NCBI GenBank assembly: GCA_002189035.1
Contig: NEEC01000021.1
Location: forward strand, 868,001-932,000
DNA length: 64,000 bases
Reading direction: 5' to 3'
From: Utricularia gibba
Taxonomy: Eukaryota; Plantae; Magnoliophyta
This document shows positions 24,823 to 38,705 of this stretch, in pieces (the first letter of the stretch is position 1; each line of letters starts with the position of its first letter). The notes under the pieces were generated by a model. That model worked only from the letters and a program-made list of their open reading frames with translations, had not been told where the DNA came from and did no database searches. The position numbers and the translations under genes were made by a program.

Positions 24823-25272
24823 ATGGCGGCGCACAAAAGCTACTTGTCCCGCCAAAGCCACCGTTTCCTCACATCTAGTTCGAACCCTTCGGGTGACTCC
24901 ATCATCTTCGAGTTCGATGAATCGGAGGTCTGGAACGACTTCATCGCCGTCAGGCCGCCATCGCTCGATTTTCTCGATGTCAAAACCAGAAAATCACCGC
25001 CGATTGTGGCGACGGCGGCGTCCCTGCCTGTAAGCGTTCCGGACTGGTCGAAAATACTGAAAGAGGAGTATATAGAGAAGCGCAATTACGACGATGACGG
25101 CGATCTTGACGACGACGGCAGTAGGGATATGGAGAGGGTTCCACCGCACGAGTTCCTTGCACGCGCGAGAAACGCGTCATCGGTGCACCAGGGAATCGGA
25201 AGGACGCTGAAAGGGAGAGACCTCAGCCGCGTGAGAAACGCGGTGTGGAGGAAAACGGGATTCTTGGGATGA
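24823..25272 (+). CDS. Senescence regulator S40 / DUF584 family protein
   Basis: [10 protein letters not shown]...[18 protein letters not shown]...[10 protein letters not shown]...[28 protein letters not shown]. Intronless, 149 aa. Confidence 0.93.
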   Translation: MAAHKSYLSRQSHRFLTSSSNPSGDSIIFEFDESEVWNDFIAVRPPSLDFLDVKTRKSPPIVATAASLPVSVPDWSKILKEEYIEKRNYDDDGDLDDDGSRDMERVPPHEFLARARNASSVHQGIGRTLKGRDLSRVRNAVWRKTGFLG

Positions 25273-27463
25273 CGGTTTCTTCCTCCTGCTTTTTGTAATA
25301 TTATTTTTATTTTAAGTTGAGGAATTATCTGGGAATTATCCCTAGCCATGCCTTCGCTTTCCTGAAGTACCATGTTTTCTGCCACGTAGCTGTAGCAGAA
25401 GAAGGAGAGATCTCACCGTTGGTTTGCAACACCATCTACGGCTATTATTCCTTCTTGTATCGAACAGCTATTCGGCTATTATATTTGTCGAGCTTAAATG
25501 TACAGAATATTCTCTCTTTTGTTGTTCTTGGGCTGTTTGCTTTCAGCCCGTTGTAGGTTAAAAAGCCCGGTCAAGATTTTTTGGAAATCGGCGGTTGTCA
25601 GATGGCGGTGGCCGGACGGAAACATCACATTTTGTTTCCATGCTATTGCGGGTTTCTGATTTTGTTTTGGTTTCGCTTGTATGGTGAAGCAGTTAGAGAT
25701 TCGCAGCGTTTGATCTCCTGTCTGCAACCTTTTAGCCATCTCTGGGAACTGAGTGAATTTGTTCACGATTGCGGTTAGCGAATAGGAAAATCTGATGAGA
25801 AACATTGTGCTTTGGTTGATTGAAGCTATGCGTTGGTATTTTATTCTTAAAACTAGCTCATTGAGTGCAATGCTGTTGTTCTACTGTTCATGAGCTCACA
25901 GCTTAGTACTTAGTGCCGCATGCGGGGTATCTGATTTAGTCGTAATTTCTATGAAAATGTTAGGAAGGGTAGAAATCAGAGTCATGGAATTTCGGACATG
26001 AACATGTGATGCTTTATCGTATTCATTGAATAGGAATCGAGTGTGTTTTGTACCGTTGCTCAAACATTGCTGCTCCGAATAAATAAAAGTGTACTCTCAA
26101 TACAGAAGCTCTTGATATTTGTGAACAATTTTTGGGCGGTGGAATTGGCAGGAAATTACAACAGCAGAGACACTGGCAATGTGTATGGGGGAAGGCCCAA
26201 ACTTCGAGGTTGCGGATTCAGAGCAGCATGGAGTAAGTTTCCAGTTACCATCTTTCCCAGCTTGTTTCCTGTCTCCCGTCTGCCGGTTTTTCTCCCAGCA
26301 TTTATCTTGTGGTCCCTTTTCTCGTAGACATCTTGTATGCATTTTCTTATTCAGAAAAAAACGTTACTCTAATCACCTGGTACATCTAATGTACAGATTG
26401 AGTTATCTCCCTCATCCAGCAGATTCCTTCACCGCCAGTGTGGGCCAAATCAGGGGCCATTTCCAATGGTTGTATTCCAAAGCATGGGTCCAGATGGTGG
26501 GAATTGGAGACGTGGGGTTTTGGCATCCATGCAGTTTTATTTTAATAAAGTGATAGTCACAAAATGAATTCTAGAAAACTCTGGTGGGTATTTTTATATA
26601 TATTTTTTGTAGTGCTTGCATTTGCTTGTTGTGTAACTTGTGCAGTGGTGTTCTTGGTACTAGTGCGATTGTGAGGTTGCAGGCTCGTTGTTACATGCTT
26701 CAGACAGTAGCAGCAGCTCCTTCACATGGGTGACTTCATTAGAAGGCGTCATCAATGCTCGGGCTGTCCATGAACAACCCAACATGTTCCATTCCATGAC
26801 CAAAACTTCATAACCTATGCGTAAGCTTTTCTGTTTCTTGCTTGTGTTTTTTGGGTGGTGGTTTGTTTGAGGCTAAATAAACACCAACCAAAAACTCATT
26901 CATTTTGTTAATGATTTTATTTTCCCCATGCCGCCCCTAAAGCTTATTGATATTCTTTCTCACTGATTTCTTCCTTCCCATGCCATGCCACCTTATCTGG
27001 TCTTCTTACCTCTCACTTTGCTCAGTCGTGTGTAGGGATTGGATTAGAAATGAATGGCACTTGAGTATTTAAATCTGGGATGGAGTCCCATAGCCTTCTT
27101 TCCGCTCCCTCGATTTCTGCCCACCCCTGTCTTTGCCAGTGGAAAACCAATGCCAACCCCACCAATCATTCCTCTCGTTAGAACTACGCTTTTTTGATTA
27201 TGGATTACTTAGCAACTACACCCGTAACTAGGCTTATTAATCACTTGATTAATGCTTTTATTTTGCTTTTTTTCTGTAGTGTCTGTCGTGCAGAGACCGG
27301 TACCCCCACCCCACAAACTGGAGTTGGCACCCTATCTTTGTTTTTATATATAGACCATCAATGGCTTGCCTTCCTTCCATCAGCACTCTGCTACCAAAAA
27401 TTGGTGGTTTTCTCTAGATTCTCTGCTTCTCCTGACGAAGAAAAGAAAGGGCGGCAGCTAGGT

Positions 27464-29118
27464 ATGTGTTACGAGGGCTCTCCCAATAACACAGAGAATC
27501 ATGAGAACAAACTTCTCCAAGACAAAGCCATGGCGGTTCATGCACATGACGATGACTATCAGCAGCAACTCCGTAGATGGCCAAATGTTTGCGAGGTAAC
27601 TTGAAGCATCCACTTTGCACAAACAGGTTGTGAGGCTTGATGCATATCATATGGCTTTTTGGTTTGTTTTAGGTCACCGAAGAAACCAAAGAAATTGCTA
27701 AAGTATCAGGGCCTACGGCAATCACGGGTCTGATAATGTACTCAAGGGCCATGATTTCTATGCTTTTTCTAGGACATCTTGGAGAGCTTGAGCTTGCCGG
27801 AGGCTCCCTAGCCATCGGATTTGCGAATATCACCGGGTACTCCGTCATCTCCGGCTTGGCCATGGGGATGGAGCCCATCTGCGGCCAAGCCTACGGCGCC
27901 AAGCAAATGAAGCTCCTCGGCCTGACCCTTCAACGAACCATTCTCCTCCTCCTCGCCACATCCATTCCCATAACCTTCATTTGGCTCAACATGAAGAGAA
28001 TCCTCCTGTGGTGCAATCAGGATGAAGCCGTCTCCTCCGTGGCCCAAGCCTTCATTGCCTTAGCCATCCCGGACCTCTTCGTCCTGTCCTTCCTTCATCC
28101 TCTGCGAATCTACCTCAGAAGTCAAGGTATCACTTTGCTGTTGACTTACATGTCTTTCATCTCTGTGCTCCTCCACGTGCCCCTGAACTTCCTGTTGGTG
28201 AAGTATGGCGTTGGGGGTGTTGCCCTGGCGATGGCGTTGACCAATTTGAACCTCGTTCTGATGCTCTCTTCCTATGTTTACTTCTCCGGCGTGTACGCCG
28301 CGTCCTGGGTGGCTCCCAGCGCCGACTGCCTCCGCGGCTGGGCGGCGCTGCTCTCCCTGGCCGTGCCCACGTGCATCTCCGTCTGCCTCGAGTGGTGGTG
28401 GTACGAACTCATGATCATTCTCTGCGGGCTGCTTCAGAACCCCAGGGCCACCATCGCCTCCATGGGCATTCTGATTCAGACCACTTCGCTGGTCTACGTT
28501 TTCCCCTCGTCTCTCAGCCTTGGGGTCTCGACGAGGGTGAGCAACGAGCTGGGCGCGCGGCGGCCGGCGAAGGCGCGTGTGTCGATGATCGTGTCGATGC
28601 TCTGGTCGGCTGCGATGGGACTCGCGGCGATGGCGTTCACCACCGTGATGCGACATCATTGGGGGCGGCTCTTCACGGGAGACCCTGAAATTCTTAAGCT
28701 GACAGCGGCGGCGCTGCCCATCGCCGGGCTGTGCGAGCTCGGAAACTGCCCGCAGACGACGGGGTGCGGCGTGCTCCGAGGAAGCGCCCGGCCGACGATC
28801 GGGGCGAACATCAATCTAGGTTCCTTCTACCTGATCGGAATGCCGGTGGGTTTGCTGATGGGATTCGTGTTGAAACAGGGGTTCTCCGGCCTGTGGTTGG
28901 GTTTGCTGGCCGCCCAGGGCTCATGCGCTGCCCTCATGTTGCTGGCTCTACGGAGAACGGACTGGATCCTCCTTTCGGAACGAGCGCAGCAGCTCACTGC
29001 CGAGCCGCCGACGCCACGGCGGAGGAAGCGGCGGTGTGACGACGAAATGGAAGCGGGTGCTCCCTTGATCACAATCAGGCGAAATCATGAAGAAGAAGGC
29101 CACCGCGGAATAACGTGA
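27464..29118 (+). CDS. MATE efflux / DETOXIFICATION protein, DTX48 (ZF14/BCD1/ABS4)-like; 2 exons
   Basis: Exon 1 MCYEGSPNN...LRRWPNVCE, then a GT-AG intron, then VTEETKEIAKVSGPTAITGLIMYSRAMISMLFLGHLGELELAGGSLAIGFANITGYSVISGLAMGMEPICGQAYGAKQMKLLGLTLQR..., with about 12 hydrophobic segments. Confidence 0.92.
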
Positions 29119-29283
29119 AAGGAGCGGTTCATCATTGTAGTGTTAGTACGAGTTCGCTTTTCGCGCACTCGATTCCTCCCTTTTGAGTTCTATCCCAACG
29201 TGAAACAGCAGCAATAAGGAAGGCGTTTTTCTCATTTTTTAATGCTTCGATTTTCTAAGCATTTATTTAGAATATATTATTCT

Positions 29284-30013
29284 GGTAAACAGTAAAATAT
29301 GCCACTTATGTTTATTGATTTGATAATTTATGCCATATGTATTTTCTAACAGTTAATTTTACCACAAATCAAATTTATATTGCAATTTATGCCATTTTCT
29401 ATATTAAAATTAATATATTCATGTGTTTTTAATTTTAAATTCTTTAAAATAATAAATTTCTTGTCTATTTCGTACTTTTTAATATTGTACTTTTTTATTT
29501 TTTTAATTGGCCTTTTTTATATTAATGAATATTTTTTATTATGAAAATTATTGTTTTTCATTTATAATAATAACAATAATACTAATAGTTTTTTATATTT
29601 TTTTTGTTATTCTTATTTTTAAATTTTTGTATGGATTATTTTTTGTTATAACAATATGTAATATGTACTATAAATGAATTTGTATAGCTATTGAAACTTT
29701 ATTATATTTATATAAATTGGTTTTTGAATTTATTTTCCAATATAAATGTTGATTTTCACAGATATTTGATTTATTTGTCCTCATTTTGTAAGGTTTATAT
29801 ACTTTAGTTTTCATAATTTTCGTAATTTTGAAAATGTATGGTATAAATTGCCAAATCGAAAAATAAGTATGGTTGATTTTGATATTTTTCTATAAAAAAA
29901 TGGCATAAATTGCAATGTAAATTTTATTTGTGGTAAAATTAACTGTTAGAAAATACATGTGACATAAATTACCAAATCAATAAACATAAGTTACATATTT
30001 TGCAGTTTCCCCC
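29284..30013. mobile_element. Non-autonomous Mutator-like (MULE) foldback MITE, 730 bp
   Basis: About 120-bp terminal inverted repeats (about 29284-29400 vs 29890-30013), starting GG and ending CC. Perfect 10-bp TSD ATATTATTCT at 29274-29283 and 30014-30023. AT-rich non-coding interior. Confidence 0.92.
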
Positions 30014-32498
30014 ATATTATTCTATACATTTACGTCTGGGCTGCCGTCTTAAGTTATTGGGCCTAAAGCCCAATATGTGAATACATGAATTATGGGCTGG
30101 GCCTTGAATTATGGCCCAGTTAACATGTAAGAAGTAGAGATACCGAAGTTTTTTTTTTGTTCTGTTGGGGTTTTTTGCCCTAATTAATAAATGATATAAA
30201 ATTATTATTATTCAATTCATTCCGCCGGTGCCGGCGCTGGCGCCGTTGAAGTGATTCGCGCGTAAGTGTGTCGTGGCGCGTGATTCAGGGAAGTTTACGC
30301 ATATCCGCTTGATTTGGAGGGGGCGAATGCTCCCCGTGCTCATTCACTTACTCTCGCAGTCTCACTCCGTACAACACGTGCATGCGTATATAAGCGGGGC
30401 TTTGCATGGGCGTGTGGATTTCGTGTTTGTTTTGAAGAAATAGATGGAATCGGGATTTGGGTTTTCGTTTTTTCCTGAGAATCTGCTGCTATGTAGGGAA
30501 GGCAACGGTACCCTGTTCCGAGAAGACGAAGAATTGGGTGAAGTGGGTTATATTGTCGAAACCGTTTTTCGAGAGTCCTGTGAAGCGGAATACGTGGAAA
30601 TTATTATTGATCGCAGCGGTTCGACTGTTGGGGTTCCGTTGGGTGAAGGGTTGGGTGCAGGAAGCTCGCCTTGACAGGATTCGCTGCATTCTCAGAGTTT
30701 GTGTTCATGTGCGTTGTTTCCAGGTTCAGTGGATTTCGTTGACTTCTCCGATTTTCCTTCCTTGTAGAAGAGGGAAATTTGGGTTCGGATTCCTTGCATG
30801 GTATGTTTCAGTAACGTCTCATGACCGTTTTCTCTCGCAGGGATCTCTCAATGTGAGTTGCTAACTTCATTTGGCTTACCTTTTGGAATTGGGATTGATT
30901 GTTTCCGATCGATTAAGCAATTTTTTTTTTGATGGGCTCAGCACCATGGGTAGTGATTACTGTCTATGGCATGCCTTTCTCTAGTGGAGAAAATGGAAGA
31001 ATTAGGAGTAACAAAACTTTGGGAGCCAAATGAATCGTAGCCTTGAACTTCTGGTGTTGATTGCATCGGACTGGAAAATGGGAACCAGTTCTTTTTCTTT
31101 CTCTCATTTTTTCGCACTGAAGCTCCGTGACAACTATTTCTCTACCAGAAGTGCAATAACTTCATCCGCCGAAGTCACTCCACGCTCAATGACAGGTACT
31201 CTACTTTGTATGATTGCATGCTATTCCGGAATCAGAGCCAGATCGGGAACTTGGATCTTGAGCCACGAAATGCTGTGGCTGCTGCATCAACTTTAGCTGA
31301 TGGCCAAGAGGTGTTTTACAAGAGAATCCTTGCAGCAAGCCATACGTTGTTCTCTGTTAGTATCTACCCTTGTTATGAACAGCAATTCAACCTCTGTTTT
31401 TCATTTTGCTGTTTTGCAGGAAGCTGTCATTTCATGCCATGTATTAGTTCAGCATGAACAAGCAAAACATCAGTTCCCCTGTTTCTTCTAAACTCTCACG
31501 TCTTCTGGTGGAGGTATAAAGAGGAACTTTGGTGTTCAAACAGGAGTCTCAAAAACAGGGGAGCTGCAACAGGATGAGAAGATCAGTTTTGTTAGGCTAT
31601 CAGGATTCTTCTGTTGTACACGAATTACTGAGAAGAGAACATGGGATCTCGATGGGTTTAGGGAGTAATGAACAATATCAGATTTCGTGGTGCAATGGCT
31701 CCTGTGAAACAAACTGTAGTTCAGATCAAATAGTTTCCAACATTCTCGTAAAAACTCAACTAAAGATAGGTATACCACTCTCTTGTTCATATACATGTGC
31801 CGAAAACTTCACTGGTAGAAGAATTGGACCAATCCAAAAGAGGAATTGGGCATCTTAGTTGACTGAATTTGTGAATATTATGTTCAGAATTACAATGAAA
31901 CAAGTTGTGAAATCTACGAACGAAAATGAAGGTGGTTAAGTAACGCGTTCGTTTAGTCCACAAAAGATGCGTAGTTGTAGATATTGAAACCCAATAAGGA
32001 GAAAATAAAGATTGAAAATTTACTAATACAAGAAGAAGAAGAGTCAGTCAGAGAAGAGAACAACGCCCCTCACCCCCGGCCCCCTCCTCCATTCCCTTAA
32101 TCATTTTTCGCCTTCTTCTTTCCCGTTTTGATTGAAGTTCTTCAATGGGTTAACTCTTCTATCAATTGGGATTTCTATAATCGCATCTCAGCTCGGGAAC
32201 CCATGTTTTATTTTTGTATCTTCCAGTGTGTGAAAACTTGGTATTTTAGTGATTTCTCTACCTGCAAAATTGGGAGCTCTGATTGTTTTTAAATGTATTT
32301 TTTGGTGGGTTCCCTGGAAATCTTTCAAACCTCCAACTATGAATCTTCCAAACCGTAATACATAAGAAATAAAATGAATTAATCTTGTTTGGTTTATACC
32401 TTTTTTTAGAAGGCAAAAGTGAGGAGTTTTTCGGTTTTTTTTTTTTTTTGTCATTGTGTGATTTGTCTTGTTAGAAGGAGATTAAGAAACATACATGT

Positions 32499-35400
32499 AT
32501 GGGAAAGCATGGACCTTGCTACCACTGTGGTGTTACAAGTGAGCTCTATGATTCATGGCTAAGAATTTTTTGACATTGCATCCTCGAAACTGTCATTGAT
32601 AATGAACTGTTTCCTATTGTTTTGTTGCTTTGACCATTTGTAGACGAATGACTGATCATTTCTGAAGTTTCTGTGTATAGGAGTTCATGCACTGGTCAAT
32701 CAACATCCAAATGCAGGATTATCATGTCAATTATAGTTTTTGGTGATCATCTGTGTTTGTTGTATTCCTTTTGATTGGATCACTATTGCCTGTATATCAA
32801 CAATTGATATTCTTTGATACTATCTGGCTCTACAATGGCGATTTATATACGCTTTGGTTTTTCAATGGCATATGGGCTTTTGTGAATGGGGTGTTTCTGC
32901 TAGTTTGAAACTCACACAATGCACTCTGTTGAATCCTCCAGTCAGCATAGCACCGTAGTACACATAGTGATACTAATATTGATGTTGACATGAGTGAGTA
33001 TGTGAATCTTGCTGAGCCTTATGAATAGCATGCACTCTCACCTGCTTCTTCTTTTCAGCTTTAAACTTCCAGATAAATTTTTAGACTGTTCGGCTCTGTA
33101 GATCCTCCCTCAGTAGAAAAGAATCTCCTTGTATTAAGACATTAAGATTTTCACTAACTGATGTTTATAGTATAACATTTGTATTGCCTATGATTATGCA
33201 ACAGGCACACCCTTGTGGCGTAATGGGCCTCCGGAGAAGCCTGTACTATGCAATGCTTGTGGTTCAAGGTGGAGAACAAAAGGGACTCTTGCCAATTACA
33301 CTCCTCTGCATGCCAGACCAGAACATGATGAGAGTGACACCAGACATCCTATGTTCAGAGCAGCATCTTCTAGAAGTAAAGAGCTTAAAGTTCTGAAGCG
33401 CAAGTTAACTAATGATGTAGGTGAAATTGGGATTCCTCATCTTGAAACTAGACATGGAGTACATGAAGGTTTTGACGAGGATACCAGTAACAGGTCAAGT
33501 TCTGGATCTGCCATATCCAACAATGAGAGCTGTGCTCAATATGGGAGTGCTGATGCAAGTGAGCTGACAGGTGGGTTGAAGCAATGTGTTGTATGTATCT
33601 GTGACTTATGGTTTATGTCATATACTTTTAGTATACTTTTTGTTGGCCTTCACCAGAAGAAGAGACTGGAAATTGTTTGGATTTGTTGTATCTTTGTAGG
33701 TCCATCTCAAGCATCAAGTGCATGGGACTCAACAGTGCCTTCGAGGAAGCGTTCATGTTTTCTTCGTACAAGGCAATCCCCTGTTGAGAAGCTCACGAAG
33801 GATCTTTATACCATATGGCACCAGCAGCAGGCCTCTTGCCTTTCTGGTTCATCTGAAGAAGACCTGCTCTTGGAGAGTGACAAACCTATGGTATCTGTTG
33901 AGATTGGGCATGGAAGTGTACTTATTCGGCATCCAAACTCAGTAACAAGAGAAGAGGAATCAGAAGCGAGTTCCCATTCATTTGAAAGCAAGCTTCTGAG
34001 TTCTGGAAGGATGGCCTCTTTTTCTGATTACGTCGAGGATTCAGTTGCTAACAGGTCATTTATGGGAGCTCGGCAATTCAACAAATCTGCTAATCAAGGA
34101 GCATTTTTGCGATCTGGAAGGTACTTTTATCTGAACCTTAAAAGCCTATGAAAACCAGCAGGCTTTCTAAATTTTGTTGAGATTCCTATCCGTTTTAGAA
34201 GAACTGCAGTAAATATTTTTACTTTTTATCAAGCAGCATCTTCTTTTGAAGTGAGTTACACCAAGATGAACTAGATTCTCACAAATTTCTCTTAGAGATC
34301 CTTGTGCATGTTTGCTGATAAATGGTTTTCAATCACATTCTGTATCAGGGGTGCCGATCAAATGGACAACTTTCAGATTCTTGCAAGTCATGGTTCTCCT
34401 TTGCGCCTGGTAGATCTTCAAGTATGTGGAAAACATGAGATACATCGTAGATGTCAATGTATGCTTTATACATTTTTAAGTGGCTATTCTCCATACCCTT
34501 CATGCGACTCAAGCTCCTTGTAAACTGGTCTAATCATGCAACTCTCATCCCATGATCCTTTCTTGAAGTTCTTGTAAGTTGGTGGTGATGTGCATATCGA
34601 AAATCCACACAGGGTGTGAAATAAATTCTAGAGACTTTCAGAGTAGCTAGTTGTAGATGGATCTTTACTTCTTTTTCTCCATCCTATTCAATGAATGTCA
34701 AAAGCTCAGTAATGGTCTCTGACGATGCCTCATGACTTATTTGTTTAGGACATTCTGAATTATGAAGAATTTTCTGATAAGTTAACGAATGACGAACAAC
34801 AGAAGCTTCTTAAACTCTTACCTACAGTTGATTCTGTGGGAACTTCGGACAGGTTGGTCTGGTTTGTTAGTTTTGAAGTTGCTTTTCATTATTTGACTAT
34901 ATATAATGTATTAATGTTTCTTAACTTCTCTTAGCGATCACCCACACACATCTTTATGTAACTGAGTCATTGTAATGGCTTAATAAACTGTAGGATCCAC
35001 ATTCAGTTTTTTTTATTAGTTGCATCCACTGAGAGAAGTTTCTCTTAACTGATTATAATTCTTTCTGGTGTCCAGTCTTAAAATGATGTTTTCGAGTGTT
35101 CAATTCAGAGATAACATACTCTCCTTCCAAAAGCTTCTTGGTGAGGGAGTTTTTGATGGCTCTGCCTCTGGGATTTCTACAGAAGACTGTAAGAATTTGA
35201 AGAAACATATTTTATCCGACCAGAGAAAATCCAGTTGGGTTGAGCAGTACACAAGATTGAAGGTTTGTTGATGTTATTTGTCTTCAAATGAATGCCATGG
35301 AAAAATGTATTTTCTAATCATGATTCATTCAGGATTCGAAAGGCAAAAATAACATGGAAATTGAAATGCTAGAAGGGTGCAATGGTTTTGCAACTGCCAG

Positions 35401-35996
35401 GCCGATGAGTATGAGCAAACCACGAGATGGGCAGCACAAAAAGCTTCCAGGTAGTACAAGACTTGTGCCTCCAATTTTTTCTTCTTTGCTTGAGTAAAAC
35501 GCCTTCGAGATGGCACATGTGTTCATGAGAACAGTGAGTCCCCAGTGTCGTTGTATTCTGGCTGTTGTTTTTCTTTGGCTTTTTCCCTTGCTGCTAGTTC
35601 CCACTTCCTACATGGCATGTCTTCAACAACTAGACATGAATATTGTTTGCTGAAAGGATGAAAAAGCATATGAAGCTCTCCTGTTCTCCATGAGTATCAT
35701 TTGATGGGAGTTTCCTTTCAGGACCAAATGCTATGTTGAAGACGCCAGCAACTGAAGGTGTGAAACTAAGCAACAAGGATAGCTCCCTTTCACGTGCAAA
35801 CGGCATATTCCCATTTCAAAACGAAGATCTTTGTTCCATTTCTGATGTCAACATTGAGAGCTATGAAGAGGATCTGTTAATAGATGTTCCATCCAACAAC
35901 ATCTATCCAGAGTCAGAGCTCCTGATCCCAATTACTGGAAAGGAAAGCAGTAGCAGCAGTTCAGTCTTCCAGGTACACTTTCTCCATCCAAGATAA
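32499..35996 (+). CDS. GATA transcription factor 26/27-like (N-terminal GATA zinc finger + DEUBAD/ASXH-like region), multi-exon
   Basis: [119 protein letters not shown]. Confidence 0.92.
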
Positions 35997-36940
35997 CACC
36001 TGTGGTTATTTTGTTTCAAGATTGTGATCTTGCTGGTCTTGGACTCGGTTTTTGGCATGAAAGAGCTGTCTGTATACAATGCCCTTTGTGATAGATAACC
36101 TCCTGGGGAAGGATGGATAGGGGTATTATGTCTACCTTTTTTGTATGAACAGAAAAAGGAATGATACTCAAAATATACAAAGAGACAAAAATAATGAATG
36201 CAGGAAGATGGTTATAGTGATGAAGCATTCATGTTTGATTTATAATTTGCAGCCCACATTCTACCACTGGTACATAAAACGGTCTTTGAGATGGTACAAG
36301 AACCATTGAATTGCACACATTCATTTCAGCATATTGCAAGCTTAGCCACAAGTCCTAACTGTACTAATCTGCCACTAGGATTTTCCTACAAATAGTTCTA
36401 TAAAACTGATAAGTTACATCAGTAGAGATGATAGAGGAATCTCCCTGCTGACCGTCTTTCTGTTGGAGCCTATTTTTGTGCCTGTACATTCATTAGGCCT
36501 TTGGTGAGAGACAGTTCTTGTGGAGTTCATCACTTGCAGACTTTTATGTTTCGGTTTATGGGAAGGACGCATACACTGTTATCCCCATTTACCTCCCTTT
36601 TGTGATTCGCCGGAGAAAGCAGAGACCCCTTCGCCGCCTTCCTCCGATCCGCTGCAATGAACATATGTGATCTGAATCATGTGAAGGACTGAAGACTTGA
36701 TATTAGAGAAGCTATTTTCATGTACATTTTCCTTAAATGTTTGGAATTTGGTTCTCCTAAAGAAGTGTGAATATACGTAGTATATGGGGACTACGGTTCA
36801 GGTTCTTACAAGCATCTGCACAACAGAACATAAGCAGAACTTGACACACGAAGAAGATGGCTACTTCACAAAAGCTCATAGCACACAACTTCACTTTCCA
36901 ACACCTTACAACTAAGATCATGACTATCCACACCTGCTTC

Positions 36941-38705
36941 TTATCTCTCCTCTATCAGCAACTGTTTCTGAACTGGATTGTGACTATAAGAACCCCCAGA
37001 GACAGGATGATTTGGATGGAAGGCTGATGGCCTTGTGGATCCCGAGCTGTCTAGAAGTTTCAGAGACAGGGCAGATGAGGTATCACCTCCAATGCTCAGT
37101 TTCGACATGCCAACCAGTTCATCCAAGTTGATGGGAGTCTTGGAAAGAACAGGTGTTGGTCTCACCACTTCATGAGCTTCCTCTCTACCGGCATCAGGTT
37201 CAGGTTCCGGAGCAGGGAATCCTGGCCAATATGGGACAGGCATAGGGAATATTGGAGTGATGTAGGCGGAGTACACAACTGGGACAGGGTATTGCGAGCT
37301 CTCAGGCGGCGCATTCGTTGCTGGTTCCACATCGTTAGAGTTTGCAGACTCCATAGATTCACATTCTTCCTCCACAGCCTCAGGTGGAGGAGGGATGCTG
37401 TCTGGTGCTTCTTCCTGAGAAGGATTCACAGGGAAGAGGTCTTTGGACATGGGAGCCGGAGTGTCAAGGGACTACACAAACACGCAAAGAGACTGGCACA
37501 ATTAGCCTTACTCTTGAGCTATAACTTGCACTCACAGAAAGCATCTTCGGAAATGGATCATAAGGTGCTTACTTCATTCACCACAATATCGAAGAGGCTA
37601 GAACGTCTCTTCCTCCGGGATACATTGCTCTGCCTTATGAAATACTTTTGGGCATGGCTAGCAACTTGAGTAGGCGTTCTAGACACTACATAGTTGCGAG
37701 AAATGCCACGCCAGTCACCTTTGCCGAGCTTTTGCAAGCCGAGCAGAAACATGCGATGTTCCTCTTCTGTCCATGGAACACCTGCAACGAGGGAAAAATG
37801 CACTGAATACCAACAACGCACACCAGCCATACAAATTCGCTAATCAGAGGCAAATGAACATCATTTTGAATACATTACATGGGTAACAACCTCATAAATA
37901 AAAAAGACACACCACAAGACTTCAGAACTTAGTTCTTATTTATCATCATTCCACGAGAATGGGTTGGACAAAAACACAAAACCATATGAAATGTTCAGGG
38001 TATCGCTCATGGGATAAACTCAACACAATCATACAAAAGGATCTCCTTAGCAAAATATGAAATCCGGAATTCGTCTCAAGATCGATTCTCATCATTTTAT
38101 TACCAAATCTAGCTGACTATTTCTATAAAGAACAAGCTCGAGATGCGGTGAACAGTAAGCAGCAAAATCTAAAAGCTTAAGGAAATCCTGATTACATACT
38201 TAGAGGATGGATTATGCATAAAATCAACGAAAAATATGGCAATATCAAACTTCGAACAAGTCAATGAACAATATTCTCTTCCTTAGATATGCATTTCATG
38301 TACATGATCCAATTTATTCAAAATTCATAAACAACCCCTCAATTGCTGCGATCTAAAAACACCTTAAACAGAAAGGGAATAATAATAAAAAAAACCTTTC
38401 TTTCTATCGCGGCTGGAGGAAGAGCCGACGACAAAATCCTCAGACGCATAACCATCAGCCGCGCCGGGGCCAGCAGAAGGGTGGTCAGGAGTTTCTCCAG
38501 GGGAATCATGAGCAACCTCGTTTTGATTAGCAGCGTTTCCAGCCCCCCCGCCGCCACCGCCGGCGTAATGGGTCAAACTGCCCATACTAGCACTCTTCCG
38601 TATAAACCCATCAGTCAATCGAACCCCAAAAAGCTTAACCCCACGATTAGGACACGTTCTCGAGTTGTGGCCGTTGTGGCTGCAATGCGAGCACCTCCTC
38701 GTCAT
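36941..38705 (-). CDS. CCHC zinc-knuckle + SHAQKYF MYB-related transcription factor (MYBS3/KUA1-like), 3 exons
   Basis: [44 protein letters not shown]; [48 protein letters not shown]; EAR-like LSLKL near the C-terminus. The exact stop is less certain. Confidence 0.93.

Noticed and set aside
27808-29072. Long antisense and alternative-frame ORFs over the MATE gene (and similar ones over RPL12, S40, oleosin and the protease)
   Set aside because: These are shadow ORFs expected from GC-rich coding sequence, with no independent similarity.
30296-30397. Pseudoknot-ordered complementarity (TACGCAT/ATGCGTA and CCGCTT/AAGCGG) suggesting telomerase RNA or another structured ncRNA
   Set aside because: The helices are only 7 and 6 bp. 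There is no telomeric template (AACCCTAAAC-like) and no USE (TCCCACATCG) upstream, and it lies in a probable intron, so it is compatible with chance.
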